In this document: piece after piece, positions 1 through 7,918 of the stretch
Position numbering within the stretch: position 1 is the stretch's first letter
Layout of the letters: the number at the start of each line of letters is the position of its first letter
From: a virus
Lineage: Duplodnaviria > Caudoviricetes
Reading direction: 5' to 3' (one strand)
Virus record (IMG/VR): IMGVR_UViG_3300020369_000005
Location: 1-46,522 of that record
Length of the DNA stretch: 46,522 nt
Notes under the pieces: generated by a model
What the model was told of the DNA's origin: nothing
What the model saw: only the letters and a program-made list of their open reading frames with translations
The model's database searches: none
Translations under genes and position numbers: made by a program

Positions 1-318
1 CGCAACTAAAATAGATAAATCAGCATCAAACGGAGAGCCAACCAAACCTAACTTGGCTGTTTGTTCTTCCCATGTTGCAGGCATAAACTGCGCTATGCCA
101 CTGGCACCAACGGGGCTAACTGCATCCGTTTTAAATCGTGACTCTTGCCATAGCTGCGCCTTTAATAAATCAGGATCACGGCCCGCACTAAAACGCTTAA
201 CCGCGCTTTTTATTTGCGCATCATAATTACAGCTAAGAGATAACGAGGCCGAATAACAATGCAGCGCCAATAAGCTGCAGGCCGTATAAAACAGATAACG
301 AACGATAATCTTTAGCAC
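1..318 (-). CDS. Lytic transglycosylase (SLT) endolysin, N-terminal part; not in ORF track, continues at the window end
   Basis: Manual translation from GTG at 318 (AAGGA upstream): MLKIIVRYLFYTACSLLALHCYSASLSLSCNYDAQIK...LLKAQLWQESRFKTDAVSPVGASGIAQFMPATW...SPFDADLSILVA. Contains the SLT motifs QES and GIAQFMPAT and is open to base 1. Confidence 0.9.
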   Translation of the reverse strand, partial: MLKIIVRYLFYTACSLLALHCYSASLSLSCNYDAQIKSAVKRFSAGRDPDLLKAQLWQESRFKTDAVSPVGASGIAQFMPATWEEQTAKLGLVGSPFDADLSILVA

Positions 319-463
319 GGCGGCAATCCTTCACAAGTTGATCAAGCGTATAACCAGCGCGCGAATTAAAATACCGCAGCGCAACACGTAACAGCACATA
401 CGCCATAATGGCCAAAAATAAGTTATAACCCGCACCGCTTAAAAACGTATAAAATGCACTCAC
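233..463 (-). CDS. Putative holin (two hydrophobic segments)
   Basis: 76 aa with two TM-like stretches, directly upstream of and overlapping the endolysin. Confidence 0.6.
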   Translation of the reverse strand: MSAFYTFLSGAGYNLFLAIMAYVLLRVALRYFNSRAGYTLDQLVKDCRRAKDYRSLSVLYGLQLIGAALLFGLVIS

Positions 464-897
464 GTATCACCCCCGCATTTAAACTGCTCTGCAATCTCTG
501 CATAAATACCACTGCCCGTGCGCAATAAAACACAACGGGCCGCACCGTTAAAATCATCACAATTAAGTGCATGTACTAGCACTCTATCGGTGCCAAACTC
601 AGCAAGGCCAACCATATAAACTAACGCCAACAAAGCGCGCTGACGTTGCATATCCCATTGGGTAAAATCAACGTACGCCATTAGCGGATCGTAAACATCT
701 AAAACATCACTCGCCAATAAATTTAATGCCTCGTCCTCAGTCATTGGTTGATAATCAAAATCGCGTTGCAAATAATCAGGTAAAGGCTTTTTATTTACAT
801 CGTGGCCGTAACCTATTAATCGCTCGTTACTATTTGTTTTACGCACCAATGCGGTAAAAGCCACATGGCGCTTTAATTGTTCAATTAAATTCATCAT
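460..897 (-). CDS. Phage lysozyme-like protein (GH24-like), catalytic residues apparently degenerate
   Basis: LIEQLKRH...LIGYGH...MTEDEALNLLASD...RQRALLALVYMVG resembles the LKRHEG...TIGYG...EA..LL..D...R..AL..M.FNLG pattern. Confidence 0.65.
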   Translation of the reverse strand: MMNLIEQLKRHVAFTALVRKTNSNERLIGYGHDVNKKPLPDYLQRDFDYQPMTEDEALNLLASDVLDVYDPLMAYVDFTQWDMQRQRALLALVYMVGLAEFGTDRVLVHALNCDDFNGAARCVLLRTGSGIYAEIAEQFKCGGDT

Positions 898-919
898 TAG
901 AGGCTTAAGAGTTAGACAT

Positions 920-949
920 AAAAAAAGCCCAACTCGTTAAAGTTGGGCT
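920..949 (-). terminator. Intrinsic terminator in the late leader (tR'-like)
   Basis: Minus strand AGCCCAACT-TTAACG-AGTTGGGCT followed by a T tract, between the putative late promoter and the first late gene. Confidence 0.75.
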
Positions 950-1017
950 AGCGCAAGTACATAGTTGGGATTGTTGTAGCTCAGTAGCTTATTTACAGCT
1001 TTGCCACCGTGACAAAA

Positions 1018-1088
1018 ACAATACAACTTTATGCCAAACAAGTAAACACAAAATGTGTTTAAATTTCATATAAAACATATTTTGTGTT
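1018..1088 (-). promoter_or_regulatory. Putative late promoter (pR'-like) with two 15-bp operators
   Basis: TTTACT (1046-1041), 17 bp, TATTGT (1023-1018). Operators AACACaaaatGTGTT at 1045-1059 and AACATattttGTGTT at 1074-1088. Confidence 0.6.
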
Positions 1089-1149
1089 TTATCTCACACT
1101 GATAAACGGCAATATCTCACAAAAACAAACCTCAAGTAAGTGTGACGAG

Positions 1150-1428
1150 TCACAACTTTAAACACCCAGCGGTGCTAGGGTCTGCTAACTGCTGTGCTAA
1201 TCGCTCTTTATCACGGCGTATTAATGTACTTATATATTCATCAACACTGTACGGTTCTTTACCTTCACCGGCGCGCACTTGACATAACATAGCCAATGTT
1301 TCACGCTCACTTTCAGATAAACCCACCTCAATACGCTTAATATTAAATTTCGCCAGGCGCGCTCGGCTTTTACGTTTGCGCTCGGCCGCATCGGCGCGCT
1401 TTTCGTCAAGTGTTTTTTTAGCAGCCAC
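1150..1428 (-). CDS. Small basic DNA-binding protein (RHH-like)
   Basis: Basic N-terminus, then KRIEVGLSESERETL and Y.VDEYISTLIRRD (strand-helix-helix pattern). Confidence 0.5.
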   Translation of the reverse strand: MAAKKTLDEKRADAAERKRKSRARLAKFNIKRIEVGLSESERETLAMLCQVRAGEGKEPYSVDEYISTLIRRDKERLAQQLADPSTAGCLKL

Positions 1429-1633
1429 TTATTACCCCCATTTCACAAAGCAGCCCAGTAAGGGCGTAAAAAAATACATGGCCCACCAAAACAAACGCCA
1501 TTAAAAACCCTGCAGCACATAACAACGTCATACAAAGTGGTGGCTCATTGTCATTATCTTTTACTGTTACTTTATCAGCGCATTTTTGCTGATAATAACG
1601 TACATGCGCGCGGCGCTTTGGGTTACTGCTCAT
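1418..1633 (-). CDS. Hypothetical membrane protein (likely start MSSNPK at 1633)
   Basis: C-terminal hydrophobic stretch; start overlaps the stop of the upstream ORF. Confidence 0.5.
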   Translation of the reverse strand: MSSNPKRRAHVRYYQQKCADKVTVKDNDNEPPLCMTLLCAAGFLMAFVLVGHVFFYALTGLLCEMGVISGC

Positions 1634-2046
1634 TATGCCCACTCCTCTTTTAATAATCGGTTTAACCGCGCTTGCTCTTTGCGTTCTTCTATTAATTCGC
1701 GAGTGCATTTGCGGCGCTCTTTATACTCGGGCCGTGGCTCGTTGTTTTCTTCTGGTGGTTCTACCTTGTCATTATTTGGGCGCATTATTGATAAAGAGAT
1801 AGCCGGTTTAATTTTCCGATTAGACGAACGTCTTTTAATACCGGCGTAATTACCCGTGCTTTCATAGCTTTTACGGTCGCAGCCACACCCTTTAACATTC
1901 CCCAAATTGCATTTTTTAACTACGCGCTGAGTGCCGCATATACACTTACACAAAAATTGTTGTGCGCGTTTATTGTCGCGCTCCGCCTCACTGATCACAG
2001 TCCAGTTTTTAAATACATCACCGGCACTTACTAAACCTGTAGCCAT
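1633..2046 (-). CDS. Hypothetical protein with a Cys-rich domain like the N-terminus of phage HNH/AP2 proteins
   Basis: GDVFKNWTVI...FLCKCICG...NL...GCGC motif; no nuclease domain follows. Confidence 0.55.
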   Translation of the reverse strand: MATGLVSAGDVFKNWTVISEAERDNKRAQQFLCKCICGTQRVVKKCNLGNVKGCGCDRKSYESTGNYAGIKRRSSNRKIKPAISLSIMRPNNDKVEPPEENNEPRPEYKERRKCTRELIEERKEQARLNRLLKEEWA

Positions 2047-2327
2047 TACGCACTCCCACTTAATAATTTTGGGCGCGAAAATAACAGCGCCGTATTTTGC
2101 AATTTATCAATAGAGCGCTTACGGCCATCAATGCTTATTACTTTTATCTTAAGTTCGGGGTGGGTTATAGTCTCAACCTCAAAACGCGGGTTATCAATTA
2201 AACTATTAACGTAACGCATACCATGCTGGGTAGACTGTCCAAAAATACGGGCCACCTCAATCACAGTATAAAAACCGCCATTATTTAATAAAACTTCTGC
2301 AGCTCTCGTTGCACTCATTTTAAGCAC
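2046..2327 (-). CDS. Hypothetical protein, possibly winged-helix
   Basis: Coupled ORF in operon; YTVIEVARIFGQS is HTH-like. Confidence 0.5.
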   Translation of the reverse strand: MLKMSATRAAEVLLNNGGFYTVIEVARIFGQSTQHGMRYVNSLIDNPRFEVETITHPELKIKVISIDGRKRSIDKLQNTALLFSRPKLLSGSA

Positions 2328-2559
2328 TCCTTGGTGGGGCTGGTTTGGTAGGTGTTTGCGCTCTTACGTTTTTACGAACGTAGGGCTGGTACCCAACTAA
2401 TTTAATATTTGGCGAGCTAACACGGCGCTGCACTTCAAGCTCTACATTAACCGAGCCCGAACCCAAACAATAAGCGGCCACAACCGCGCAAAACATCAAA
2501 AGCGCCAGGGCAAACGCTAAGCCTAAAAATTCAGGGGCGGTAAACTGTAAAATAATCAT
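2320..2559 (-). CDS. Hypothetical protein with N-terminal TM
   Basis: Overlapping start/stop with neighbours; hydrophobic N-terminus. Confidence 0.55.
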   Translation of the reverse strand: MIILQFTAPEFLGLAFALALLMFCAVVAAYCLGSGSVNVELEVQRRVSSPNIKLVGYQPYVRKNVRAQTPTKPAPPRSA

Positions 2560-3113
2560 AAATAAAGTCCTTTTCGCATTGCGGTAATAAGTCGAGCGCT
2601 TGGCTCTAGGTTTGAATGTTTATCTTTTAAAAAATACTTAACCACCATGCACACCAAATAGGCGCGCTTATACGCCTTATTAAGATGCACAATATTATTT
2701 GTTTGCTGGCTAAGCTGGGCAAAAAATACCGCGCGGTCTAAGTAATGATTAATAAACGGCAGTAATATAAAATCTTTGGCCACTTCGTGTTTAAGTAAAT
2801 CCGCTTTTTCAAACTCTGATTGAACAAGGTCGCGCATAACATCAAAGGCTTTTATTTCTACGTATAATTTACCCACCACCTTGCGGCGCGAATGTCTTGG
2901 GGTACATAAAGTTTGCCCTGCTTGTTTAGCGCGTATGGCCAGCGCTAAGCACTGCCTTTGCCACGGCGTTAACGGCTTTTTATTTACCCGTTCTACAAAG
3001 GTGCTTATTGCGCGGCGCTCGCTTGTGTTTTCTCTTTCGGCTTGGGTGAGCTTTAACTCGCGTTCTATTTTTATTTTTTCGGCGAGTTTGTGTGCTGTTT
3101 TAAAATCAGACAT
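2556..3113 (-). CDS. Hypothetical protein
   Basis: 185-aa ORF with GGAG RBS and overlapping stop/start with neighbours. Confidence 0.65.
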   Translation of the reverse strand: MSDFKTAHKLAEKIKIERELKLTQAERENTSERRAISTFVERVNKKPLTPWQRQCLALAIRAKQAGQTLCTPRHSRRKVVGKLYVEIKAFDVMRDLVQSEFEKADLLKHEVAKDFILLPFINHYLDRAVFFAQLSQQTNNIVHLNKAYKRAYLVCMVVKYFLKDKHSNLEPSARLITAMRKGLYL

Positions 3114-3348
3114 TACGGTCTCCCCATAAATGGCGTGGCACTATCAACCCCGGAATATCGTGCTGGCGCTTTATAAATTTATTTATAGCAATTGCGTTGG
3201 CTTGGCTTAGCGTTACCGTGCAACTAAGTGGCGTACCGTCGTCAAAAATGAACGGCTTTACGTACTCTTGAACCTTAATTTTTAGCGCGAATTTAATATC
3301 TAAACTCAACTTATTTAATCGCATTTCATCTTCCTTCTTGTAAAACAC
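3106..3348 (-). CDS. Hypothetical protein
   Basis: ORF in operon context. Confidence 0.55.
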   Translation of the reverse strand: MFYKKEDEMRLNKLSLDIKFALKIKVQEYVKPFIFDDGTPLSCTVTLSQANAIAINKFIKRQHDIPGLIVPRHLWGDRNV

Positions 3349-3370
3349 TTAAATACCGCCACAATCCTTG

Positions 3371-4612
3371 TTACTGCTCAACACAAGCGGGCGCGTTAAA
3401 ATCATAATGGCTCGTCGCTGTCTCGGTTTTAGCGCTTGTAAACACCTCAACCAAATGGGCGGCCCAAAACGTTAAAGCCTCACGTTTTTTAATAGCCCCC
3501 GTCGTTTGTATATACGCCGACTGCAAATCATTTAAAGCATGGTTTAAAAGCAGTTCAGCAATGAGCGAATCAACGCCCAAATCAAGCCAGCGGCCACGGC
3601 AAAACTTGCGTAAATCATGAGCCGTATAACTCCCCTTACTTACTTGTTGCACGTATTTATTAGCCTCATTTTCATTAATAGGACCGCGTGTTTTTGCAGG
3701 GAAAATGTAAGCACTGCGCGAGTATTTAGCCTGTTGCTTATGCCAGGTAATTAACTGTTCAAGCGCATGATCACTTAATTCAATTACATGCTCTTTTGTT
3801 TTTGTTATCTCACTGGGTAACGTCATACGCTTATTAACCGCATCTATATAATCCCAACGTAACTGGCGGGTTTCACCAATGCGGGTGGCGTGTAGCAACA
3901 TAAACCAACACAGCATTTTAGGGGCGGTGGTGGGCGTCATTAAACTAAGCACTAAATCACGCTCATGTTTAACGGTTAACTTTGCTTTTTTAGGGGGGAT
4001 TTTTGCAGAAATAAACGTTTTAAATGACGTATCAGCCAGCGGATTAAACTCAATTAACTTATTTTTTAACGCTTGGTTTAATGCACATTTTAACAACTGA
4101 AAATGCTGCCTAACCGTACTTAACGCGTACGTATTTTGTAATGGCCAAATAAGCAAGCTTTCACACAACGCATTATTAAACGTTAACAAATCGCACTCAC
4201 CCACAAGCGGGATCAAGTGTTTACCAACTGACGACGCAATATTAATACGGCGCTTTTCACTAATTGTTTTATTTGCTTTCTCGCGGGCTAAATACCACTC
4301 AAGCAACTGGCCCACCGTATCGAACTGGCTAACCATAACCGGCTTATCTAATTGCAGCTTAACCATTAAATCGGGCACTAAAGCCAATGCTTTTTTGCAA
4401 TTAAACAGCGGCCACGTACCAAATTTGTGCCACTTATCGGCTTTAAAGTCGACTAAATACCAACTGCCCGTCGTGCGCGACGCATGCATTTTTAAAATTA
4501 ATGGATAACGGCCATCGCGAAAGCGGGTAAACTCGGCGCTCGCCTTTGTTTTTATTAAATTATCCGTTAAGTTTGCTTTACACGTTGCCATTATTGCGCA
4601 CACCTTTTGCAC
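3371..4612 (-). CDS. int: Tyrosine recombinase / integrase
   Basis: Catalytic motifs present: ATRIGE (R), ITKTK (K), HDLRK (HxxR), LLNH (H), QSAY (Y). Has arm-binding-like N-terminus and core-binding region. Confidence 0.9.
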   Translation of the reverse strand: MQKVCAIMATCKANLTDNLIKTKASAEFTRFRDGRYPLILKMHASRTTGSWYLVDFKADKWHKFGTWPLFNCKKALALVPDLMVKLQLDKPVMVSQFDTVGQLLEWYLAREKANKTISEKRRINIASSVGKHLIPLVGECDLLTFNNALCESLLIWPLQNTYALSTVRQHFQLLKCALNQALKNKLIEFNPLADTSFKTFISAKIPPKKAKLTVKHERDLVLSLMTPTTAPKMLCWFMLLHATRIGETRQLRWDYIDAVNKRMTLPSEITKTKEHVIELSDHALEQLITWHKQQAKYSRSAYIFPAKTRGPINENEANKYVQQVSKGSYTAHDLRKFCRGRWLDLGVDSLIAELLLNHALNDLQSAYIQTTGAIKKREALTFWAAHLVEVFTSAKTETATSHYDFNAPACVEQ

Positions 4613-4627
4613 ATTATCTGTGCATAA

Positions 4628-4798
4628 CTACAGATTAAATTGATTATCTAAATCACGAAGGGCGCGCATATCTTCTTGCACCCTGCGACGGCGAACCAGC
4701 TTAGGATCGGCCTTAATTTGCTTATCTTTTGTAGGGCGCTTACGCCAGCCATCGTAAAACGTTTTAGTCGTACCTGTTGACTCTAAAAATTCACTCAT
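4628..4798 (-). CDS. Small basic hypothetical protein (56 aa, below ORF-track cutoff)
   Basis: MSEFLESTGTTKTFYDGWRKRPTKDKQIKADPKLVRRRRVQEDMRALRDLDNQFNL. The start overlaps the stop of the Q-like gene (ATGA) and the ORF fills the gap before int. Confidence 0.55.
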   Translation of the reverse strand: MSEFLESTGTTKTFYDGWRKRPTKDKQIKADPKLVRRRRVQEDMRALRDLDNQFNL

Positions 4799-5199
4799 AA
4801 ATCACCTGTTTTTAATAAAGTAGATTCAACATAATCGCGGGCCTCTTTAAGCCTGCGGTTATAGGTTCGTAAGCTCATACCCATACGCAACGCCCGCACA
4901 TCGCGCGGCGCATCAACAGGCAAGTTAGGCAAAAATACCGCGCCATACTCAACGCGGCACACACTCACCGCCGCCTCGTTTGTAACTTTTAAGCGCATTA
5001 ACGCCGACTCTATATTTAGCTCGACACACTCAATCATGGGCGAACTCCCCCCGCCACTGCGCGCAAAGCTATCGCCATCCATTATTTTTTGTAAAATAGA
5101 CTTAGCTTTAACAACATGGCCCGTATGCACCCAACGCGCCCAGCTCTCAAACAAACTGTTTAAGCGGGCGTTATAATTTACGCTCAGCGAACGGGCCAT
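4795..5199 (-). CDS. Antitermination protein Q-like
   Basis: L..W..W N-terminus, IESALMRL...V..EY, and C-terminal HTH (RALRMGMSLRTYNRRLKEA) are typical of Q-type antiterminators. Confidence 0.7.
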   Translation of the reverse strand: MARSLSVNYNARLNSLFESWARWVHTGHVVKAKSILQKIMDGDSFARSGGGSSPMIECVELNIESALMRLKVTNEAAVSVCRVEYGAVFLPNLPVDAPRDVRALRMGMSLRTYNRRLKEARDYVESTLLKTGDL

Positions 5200-5201
5200 A
5201 A

Positions 5202-5624
5202 CTATTTAGCCCTCAACCTAAATTTGCGGTGCCTAATTTTGCACTCGCTTAACACTTCATCCACACACAACACATGGCCAGGTAAACCACGGCCCACCAA
5301 ATCGGGCACATAATGAAAATCGTGTAGCGGGCTAATGCTAATTTCATTACTGTAAAGTGGCGAAAGCGGCCCGTATTGGTGGCAAACCACCGCGCCAAAC
5401 TCGCGCAATAATTTAAGCTCCTGCCCTGTTTGCGGGTTACTCACCACCGTGACACGGCGCTCGCTGGCCCTGTCAGGTATTTGGTGAAGTTGCACAAGGC
5501 GGTTTTTAACATCGGGCACCCGCGTTAAATTCACATGTACCGAATAGCCTTGGTGTTGGTTTTCAATGTAACTAAACGCCTTTTTAAGCGCCTCGCCCGT
5601 GCTTGAGAACAAAACAATGATCAT
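5202..5624 (-). CDS. Hypothetical protein, distant dNMP-kinase-like fold without an intact P-loop
   Basis: VVSNPQTGQELKLLREFGAVVCH resembles VVxDxRFxNExxxIRxxGGxVxH. Confidence 0.4.
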   Translation of the reverse strand: MIIVLFSSTGEALKKAFSYIENQHQGYSVHVNLTRVPDVKNRLVQLHQIPDRASERRVTVVSNPQTGQELKLLREFGAVVCHQYGPLSPLYSNEISISPLHDFHYVPDLVGRGLPGHVLCVDEVLSECKIRHRKFRLRAK

Positions 5625-5853
5625 GCGTTCACCTTCTTGTTTTTAGCTTGCGTGTTGGTGTAATCCTGCTGCCACAGTTCCACATTAATTTTGTTATTAC
5701 TCTTAAGCACAATTACTTGGCAGTTTGTGGGCCGAGGGAATCTTTCACAGGCGTAATAACTTCTAAACGTTCGGTAACTAATCCCCAAATGCTTAGCCGC
5801 CCTAGCGCCGCCGTTTTCGCCAAACGTCTTATTAACCCATTGTGTAAATGTCA
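5621..5853 (-). CDS. cro: Cro-like repressor (likely start MTFTQW)
   Basis: HTH GARAAKHLGISYRTFRSYYACERFP; divergent from the CI-like gene across three operators. Confidence 0.7.
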
Positions 5854-5885
5854 TTTGAACACCTTTTATAGTATATAAATAAAAT

Positions 5886-5964
5886 AACACAAAGCGTGTT
5901 AAAAATGAAACACAAAGTGTGTTAAATTTAACCTTCTATAGTGACGAATGACACAAACTGTGTT
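5886..5964. promoter_or_regulatory. Immunity region: three 15-bp operators between cro and cI
   Basis: AACACaaagcGTGTT 5886-5900, AACACaaagtGTGTT 5909-5923, GACACaaactGTGTT 5950-5964. Confidence 0.85.
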
Positions 5965-5987
5965 ACTTTTTCAACAAGCACGATTAA

Positions 5988-6626
5988 TTGGGATTCGTTA
6001 TGACAGAATTAACCACCACAAACACAGTACAAAGCACAGAAAAAAAAGCCGCACGTATGCGCAAAGCCCGCATAAATGCCGGACTATCACAACGTGAAGC
6101 CGCCGCCAAAATGGGGGTTGGGCAATCGCGGGTATCTAATTACGAAAACGAAATAAACAAAAACGTACCGCCCGAGTTTTTAAAACAATGCGCGGCCGTG
6201 TATGGCTGTTCGTTAGAATACTTGTACGGATTTACAGACGAAATTGAGGGCGGTTATGCTTATCGCCCCATAGAAAAAGACAGCCCCATAGCCATTAATA
6301 AAAACACCCTCGCAAGCATGGGGCTGGCCTTGGGCGACCTGCGCGAAATCACCGTAACCGACGGTGCAATGTGTAACGAATTTAACCAAGGCGCGCGGAT
6401 AATTATTAGCAACAAAATTGGCCAAATAAGCAAGCCCGCCATTTATGCGCTAGACCAAGACGGCACCCCCGTAATGCGCGGATTACGTAAAGAGCTTAGC
6501 GGCCAATACACCTTATTTGTGCATAATAAACAAAATTACGACGACCAAACACTCACCGAGGCAGACATAAAAGCCCTGCCAATTATCGGCAAGTATATTG
6601 GCCACTGGCGTACGGCCAGCAATTAA
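5988..6626 (+). CDS. cI: CI-like repressor (XRE HTH plus degenerate S24-like domain)
   Basis: RMRKARINAGLSQREAAAKMGVGQSRVSNYE HTH; C-terminal S24-like fold (TVTDGAM, IYAL, VMRGL, IIGK). Confidence 0.8.
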   Translation: MGFVMTELTTTNTVQSTEKKAARMRKARINAGLSQREAAAKMGVGQSRVSNYENEINKNVPPEFLKQCAAVYGCSLEYLYGFTDEIEGGYAYRPIEKDSPIAINKNTLASMGLALGDLREITVTDGAMCNEFNQGARIIISNKIGQISKPAIYALDQDGTPVMRGLRKELSGQYTLFVHNKQNYDDQTLTEADIKALPIIGKYIGHWRTASN

Positions 6627-6640
6627 GCCCCACGGCTTTT

Positions 6641-6669
6641 TTGCGCCCGCACTAAACACAGGTTATGTT
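6641..6669 (+). promoter_or_regulatory. Putative early rightward promoter with operator
   Basis: TTGCGC, 17 bp, TATGTT. Operator AACACaggttATGTT at 6655-6669, just after the short cI terminator hairpin (AAGCC-CCAC-GGCTT-T tract). Confidence 0.55.
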
Positions 6670-6702
6670 TTAAAACAATAAATAACACGGATAAGGATCA
6701 TA

Positions 6703-6963
6703 ATGGCAAACTTAACAACAGTACAAACCACCCTAGAGCGCAAGCTAAACCGCCAAGCGGCGCGCAGCTTGTCAATGAAAAACAACGCGCAAGCCATTAT
6801 TGCACTGGCCGAAGCGCTACACAGTGACCCGCGCGCTGCAGACGACATAATCGACCTCGCCAACGCAATCAGCATGGACGCAGAGGACTTGAAAACCGAC
6901 CTTGGCAGCGCCGTTAACGTTATAGCCGACATACACACATTACGGATTGCAAACAATGCTTAA
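6703..6963 (+). CDS. Hypothetical protein
   Basis: AAGGA RBS; first gene of the rightward operon. Confidence 0.65.
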   Translation: MANLTTVQTTLERKLNRQAARSLSMKNNAQAIIALAEALHSDPRAADDIIDLANAISMDAEDLKTDLGSAVNVIADIHTLRIANNA

Positions 6964-7270
6964 CCCACATCAAACGCACCTACTCAATGAATTGGCCAAA
7001 GGTAAAACGCATTACGAAATAGGCGCGCAAAACAGCTTAAATCAAACCGAGCTATCAATCGAACTGCGTAACATGCAAGCGCGTGTAGGTGCAAAAACCT
7101 TAGCGCACCTTATACACCGTGCATGGGAACTGGGCCTGCTAAGTGCCCGCGCCCTGTGTTTGTGTGTGGCCGTATTTGGTGCAAGCACCGCCAGCGACGT
7201 AACTAAAATGCGCCCCGTGCGCATTGCCCGCACTCAAATACGCCTAACCCGACGCCAAGAGGCCGCTTAA
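6956..7270 (+). CDS. LuxR/GerE-type HTH protein
   Basis: LNPHQTHLLNELAKGKTHYEIG...LRNMQARVGAKTLAHLIHRAWELGLL. ATG at 6956 is the probable start. Confidence 0.7.
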   Translation: MLNPHQTHLLNELAKGKTHYEIGAQNSLNQTELSIELRNMQARVGAKTLAHLIHRAWELGLLSARALCLCVAVFGASTASDVTKMRPVRIARTQIRLTRRQEAA

Positions 7271-7271
7271 C

Positions 7272-7916
7272 ATGGCATCAAATAACAACCACCAAAGCAA
7301 AAGTAACAAAGCGGGGCGCGACACCACACAAACCCCGCGCTGGTTATTTGAAGCATTTAACAGCACGTACAATTACGTGCTAGACGCCGCTGCCCTAAAA
7401 AAATCGGCCCTATGCGCCAGGTATTACACCAAGCGTAACAACGCATTAAAAAAAGATTGGTCAGCCGACATAGGGCTTTATTTAGACGCAAACAGCCCCA
7501 CCCCTGCAGTTTGGCTAAACCCGCCATACAGCAATATTTTACCGTGGATAAATATAGTAATAGAGCAGCAACACAAAGGGATATTAACCACCCTTTTAGT
7601 GCCGCGCGACAACCGCACCGAGTGGTGGCCAGCCAATAGCGCCAGCAAAATAATAGATATAGTGGGTTATTACGAAAACCAAGGCGTGTACTTACGCGGC
7701 CCCAAAAAAGGCGAACCAAAACGTAAATGGCGCAGCGGCGGCATTCGCTTTATTAACTCGCTCACCGGCATTGAAGAACCCGCCGAGCTAAATAAACCCA
7801 TGTGCTTAATAGAGTTCAACCCCAACTTAATTGGCCAGCCCTGCCAATACAGCACCATACCTAAAAACGTATTAATGGCCCTTGGCCAACAAGCATTAGC
7901 AAAAAAGAGTAAATAA
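7272..7916 (+). CDS. dam: Phage N6-adenine DNA methyltransferase (Dam family)
   Basis: D...TP.WLF, LDAAA, NALKKDW, VWLNPPYS, LVP...TEWW motifs. Confidence 0.88.
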   Translation: MASNNNHQSKSNKAGRDTTQTPRWLFEAFNSTYNYVLDAAALKKSALCARYYTKRNNALKKDWSADIGLYLDANSPTPAVWLNPPYSNILPWINIVIEQQHKGILTTLLVPRDNRTEWWPANSASKIIDIVGYYENQGVYLRGPKKGEPKRKWRSGGIRFINSLTGIEEPAELNKPMCLIEFNPNLIGQPCQYSTIPKNVLMALGQQALAKKSK

Positions 7917-7918
7917 CC

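Noticed and set aside
4619-4627. DnaA box (TTATGCACA on the minus strand) just upstream of int
   Set aside because: A single 9-mer with one free position can occur by chance in 46 kb, and there are no supporting origin features nearby.
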